Origin: Geosiphon pyriformis uo1
Lineage: Eukaryota > Fungi > Glomeromycota
NCBI GenBank assembly: GCA_016748015.1
Contig: JAAOMT010000134.1
Coordinates: 1 to 64,000, forward strand
Direction of reading: 5' to 3'
DNA: 64,000 nt
Both the position numbers and the translations under genes were made by a program. The notes below the pieces were generated by a model, which was not told the DNA's origin, did not search any database, and saw only the letters and a list, made by a program, of their open reading frames with translations. Below, piece by piece: positions 60,802-64,000 of the stretch. Positions within the stretch are counted from its first letter, which is position 1. The number at the start of each line of letters is the position of its first letter.

Positions 60802-63800
60802 GTGGCGACCACACCAGACACAACAACTCTAGAGTATTACCAATCAATTTACATCCACTGCAAGCAAAGATTCAACATTTCAGACGGAATTGAAGTTGTC
60901 AAGAAATCAGTATACCAATACATTGAAAACCACATCAACAATTATCTTTTTGGAAATTACAATATCTCAGAAGTTAGAAGCAACCTTTACAATAATTTAG
61001 CACACTATTCACAGTTGAGAACTGAAGATCTTAACAGCAAAACACTTGCCACTTACTTTCATGAACTTAATTTTAACATTATCAAATACTGTGAAGAAAC
61101 ATACCCAGTGCAATCTCAATATTCTATTGATTTTGAATCGAAAACAGAAACAAGCAACAAAGGCAAAAACAAATTAAAGCAATACTCAAAAACCACCCCA
61201 AATACTCCAACACTACCAAAAACCACTGCCAAACATTTACAAACACCTGAACAAGGAACTAGTTCAAAACTTTCACTTACAATCACACCTTTTCCAGCTT
61301 TACTTGCACAAGCACAAATGCCTAATTCACTCTTAAATCAATTTGCAAGACCAGAAGATTTTACATCACTCAGAAGTCCCATCAGACAACAAGAACCCCT
61401 TCAAACTAGTTCCAATCTCCTTGACTTTCTAGCTAAAAATCAAAGTGAACACTCTGAGACAGCAGTGAACAAAGAAAACGAACCTGAAATATCTGAAGAA
61501 AAATCAATAGACTGTGAAAACAAAGAAGACAGAATGACAACATACATCACAAAAATCCCTGAATTTAATGGAGAAGACATTAAGACCAGTTCCCAAGAAT
61601 GGCTCAACCAAGTTACTAAAGCTGGAGATGCAAATGGATGGAATGCTGCCAGAATGTTAAGAACAATTCCCTACTTTCTCAAAAGAACAGCAGGAGAATA
61701 ATTTGAAAACTTGGCCACCCCATTCAATGATTGGAACGCTTTCAAAGCAGCCTTCCTTGAACAGTTTACTGACAATAATACCTCCATCACCTTTCGCAAT
61801 CATTTTCGAAATATCAAACAAGAACCCTCCGAATCTGTCATAACTTATATTGGGAAATTTAACAAACTTCTTAGACAAATTCGCCAACTCGAAACAAACA
61901 ATTATTATTCCAATGCTCAAATCTTGGATCAATTTATCGCTGGTTTAAAAGATAAACTAATTAAAAAAGTTTGCCCACATACACCAGAAGATTTAAACTC
62001 TGTCATACAGCATGCGAAAAGATATAAAATGGTCATGGAAGAGGCCAATTGCACAAAACTTGTAAATTTGGCAATTGGAGAAACCAGCTCAGCAGCTAAG
62101 GAAAAAATTAACCAACTCACAAAGAAGGTTGAAAACTATTTTACCAATCAACAACAACAGCAACCCCAAAAATATCAACCACTCCAAAGACGAAATCAAA
62201 ATAACTTTGCACCACTTTCCAATAACCAGCCTCAGAATTGCCATTACTGTGAAATCTTTGGCCACTGGAAAAGAGATTGCAGAAAGCTACAATGAGACCA
62301 ACAAAATAGGAGTAATCAACGTTACCCTCCACCACAGCAATCTTATTATCAACCACCACCACCAGCTTANNNNNNNNNNNNNNNNNNNNTCAGTTTAAAC
62401 AACCAATTAGTTCCCCGAAATTTCACTCAACCAAGACCCAACCACTACCACACTCAACCCAGTTATTTAACAATGCCAGAAGAACAGGATTTTCACCATA
62501 CTGCACCCTCAGAAGGTAGAGCTGCAGCACAACAACAAAACCCTTCCTATACTGTCACCACAATTCCACCAGCCAGAATTGCTGAAAATGCTAATCTTTC
62601 AGATATATTCTTTTTTGAGTTCGAAGCAAATGAGTCACTATTCCTGCTTAGCAATGCAGCCACCAATGAACAAAAAGCAATCACGGCTATGTACACTGAA
62701 GCAGAAGTCAAAGGAAAGACAATTTGCTTGATCCTAAACAGTGGATCTGCCAGAAGCATTATCACCTACCAGCTAATACAACAGTTGAAGAGAAATGTTG
62801 ACCAACCAGCTCAAACAGTAATCGTCACTACTGATGGCATGAAAAAAACCCCAGTAGGAGAAATTGACAATTTTCCATTTACTCTTGATGGAATCACCAT
62901 TCCAGTCAAAGTTCTTGTAATGGACACACCCCAGTACTAAGCTCTTGTCAGAAATGATTGGCTTCAAAAAGCCAATGCTAATCTGAATTGGGAAACACAA
63001 GAGTTAACAATTTCCTACTAAGGACAACACGTCTGGGTACCTGTCACTTGTGGTACATTCAACAAATGCTCTGAAAAAGCCCCGGCTTTTGAATTCAAAC
63101 TGGAAGAAGAAAAACCCCTCATTAAAACATTCATGGCTCTTGGATCAATGTCCAACTGGGCCGATGAAACAGAACAAGAACATTTTACCCCACACTTTGA
63201 ACCCAAAACCTCTGAATAGAATATCCCTTACTCAAAACTCGAACCAAGAAAACAATGCCTCTATATTCTCCTTAAATGTAAAGACTGCCACAAAAAACTA
63301 TTGTCAATGGGAGCCTGCATTTCACCTGAAGAAAAATATGAAAATTATACTTGTTATTACTGCAAGGCTTGCCACAGAGAACGATGGGGCCATCTAATAA
63401 AAAGGAGCGAAAAATAAGACAACACCCCTTGTTTGACTTGTGGAAATATGCTACTGGAAGAATGCAATTGGATTGATATAGCCATGAGAGAAGGAGTCTG
63501 CAATCAGACCTGCCAATATGTTTTATCAATTTCAGAAAAAGTAAAAAGAGGAACACTCTTTAATGCAGCATACAACAGTGCTCTTAACAAACTTTATTAC
63601 TACCCCCATGATGCCGAGATGATTTTTGACCTAGCAATGGCATTAATTAATAGAGCTACCAAAGAAGATGTTTGTCAAATGAAGGAAGCAGAATACATTG
63701 AATACACCATGGAATTAGCTGAATTTGATTACAAAGACAAAGTAGAAGTCTACCACCAAATTGTAAGTCATACCTACCCAACCCAAGAAGCTCAAATTCA

Positions 63801-64000
63801 ATGATTAGAGCAAATGAACATTAGACTATGTGAAGAATGCATTATGTTTTGTAATGAACAGTGGTGTCCTGAATGCTACGCTTTTAGCATCCCCTTGCCC
63901 AGCAAAAATAATGAGAATGAAATTGAATTTGGAGAACCTGAAACAATGGAAGAAATTGAAACAACACTCATCTACCTTATCAAAAATCAGCTTGCCTTAC
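60802..64000 (+). pseudogene. gag: G ORF1: N-terminal extension, gag, protease (~62690-63050), CxxC domain (~63250-63885)
   Basis: ORFs 60757, 61711, 62473 and 63433 are all in one frame. Contains CHYCEIFGHWKRDC and LILNSGSA. Confidence 0.87.
62370..62389. other. Assembly gap (20 N)
   Basis: Run of n in the Q/P-rich gag tail. Confidence 0.99.

Larger units (their letters stand above)
59776..64000 (+). mobile_element. Element G (family A, B subtype), 5' part running off the right edge
   Basis: LTR 59776-60755, PBS from 60758, then gag, protease and CxxC domain nearly identical to B. Confidence 0.9.

Overview
This window is a eukaryotic transposon nest, most likely fungal. The protein style recalls Glomeromycota such as Geosiphon, which is recollection rather than a search result. 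No host gene, RNA gene or CRISPR array is supported. Four decayed LINE-like non-LTR retrotransposons (ORF1 with RRM/CCHC; ORF2 APE-RT-RNaseH) host eight insertions of related Ty3/Gypsy-type LTR retrotransposons. LINE-a contains A (+, 4276-34113), which contains B (-, 6100-26037), which contains C (-, 15157-25264). LINE-a also contains LINE-b and a solo LTR (42960-43836). LINE-c contains non-autonomous D (46741-50230). LINE-d contains E, then F, then G, running off the right edge. All complete LTR insertions have 4-bp TSDs, and all copies are inactivated by heavy C>T/G>A mutation. Comparing copies reconstructs an unusual element shared by two diverged families. ORF1 appears to start at GUG and encodes an N-terminal extension, Gag, protease, a multi-CxxC domain, a five-motif dUTPase, RT and RNaseH, ending at a conserved stop. 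Integrase is a separate ~460-codon ORF, followed by a conserved ~220-aa ORF3 of unknown function. The LTRs carry a duplicated, covarying 'AGC-helix-AAG-helix' structure and an anti-PBS sequence.
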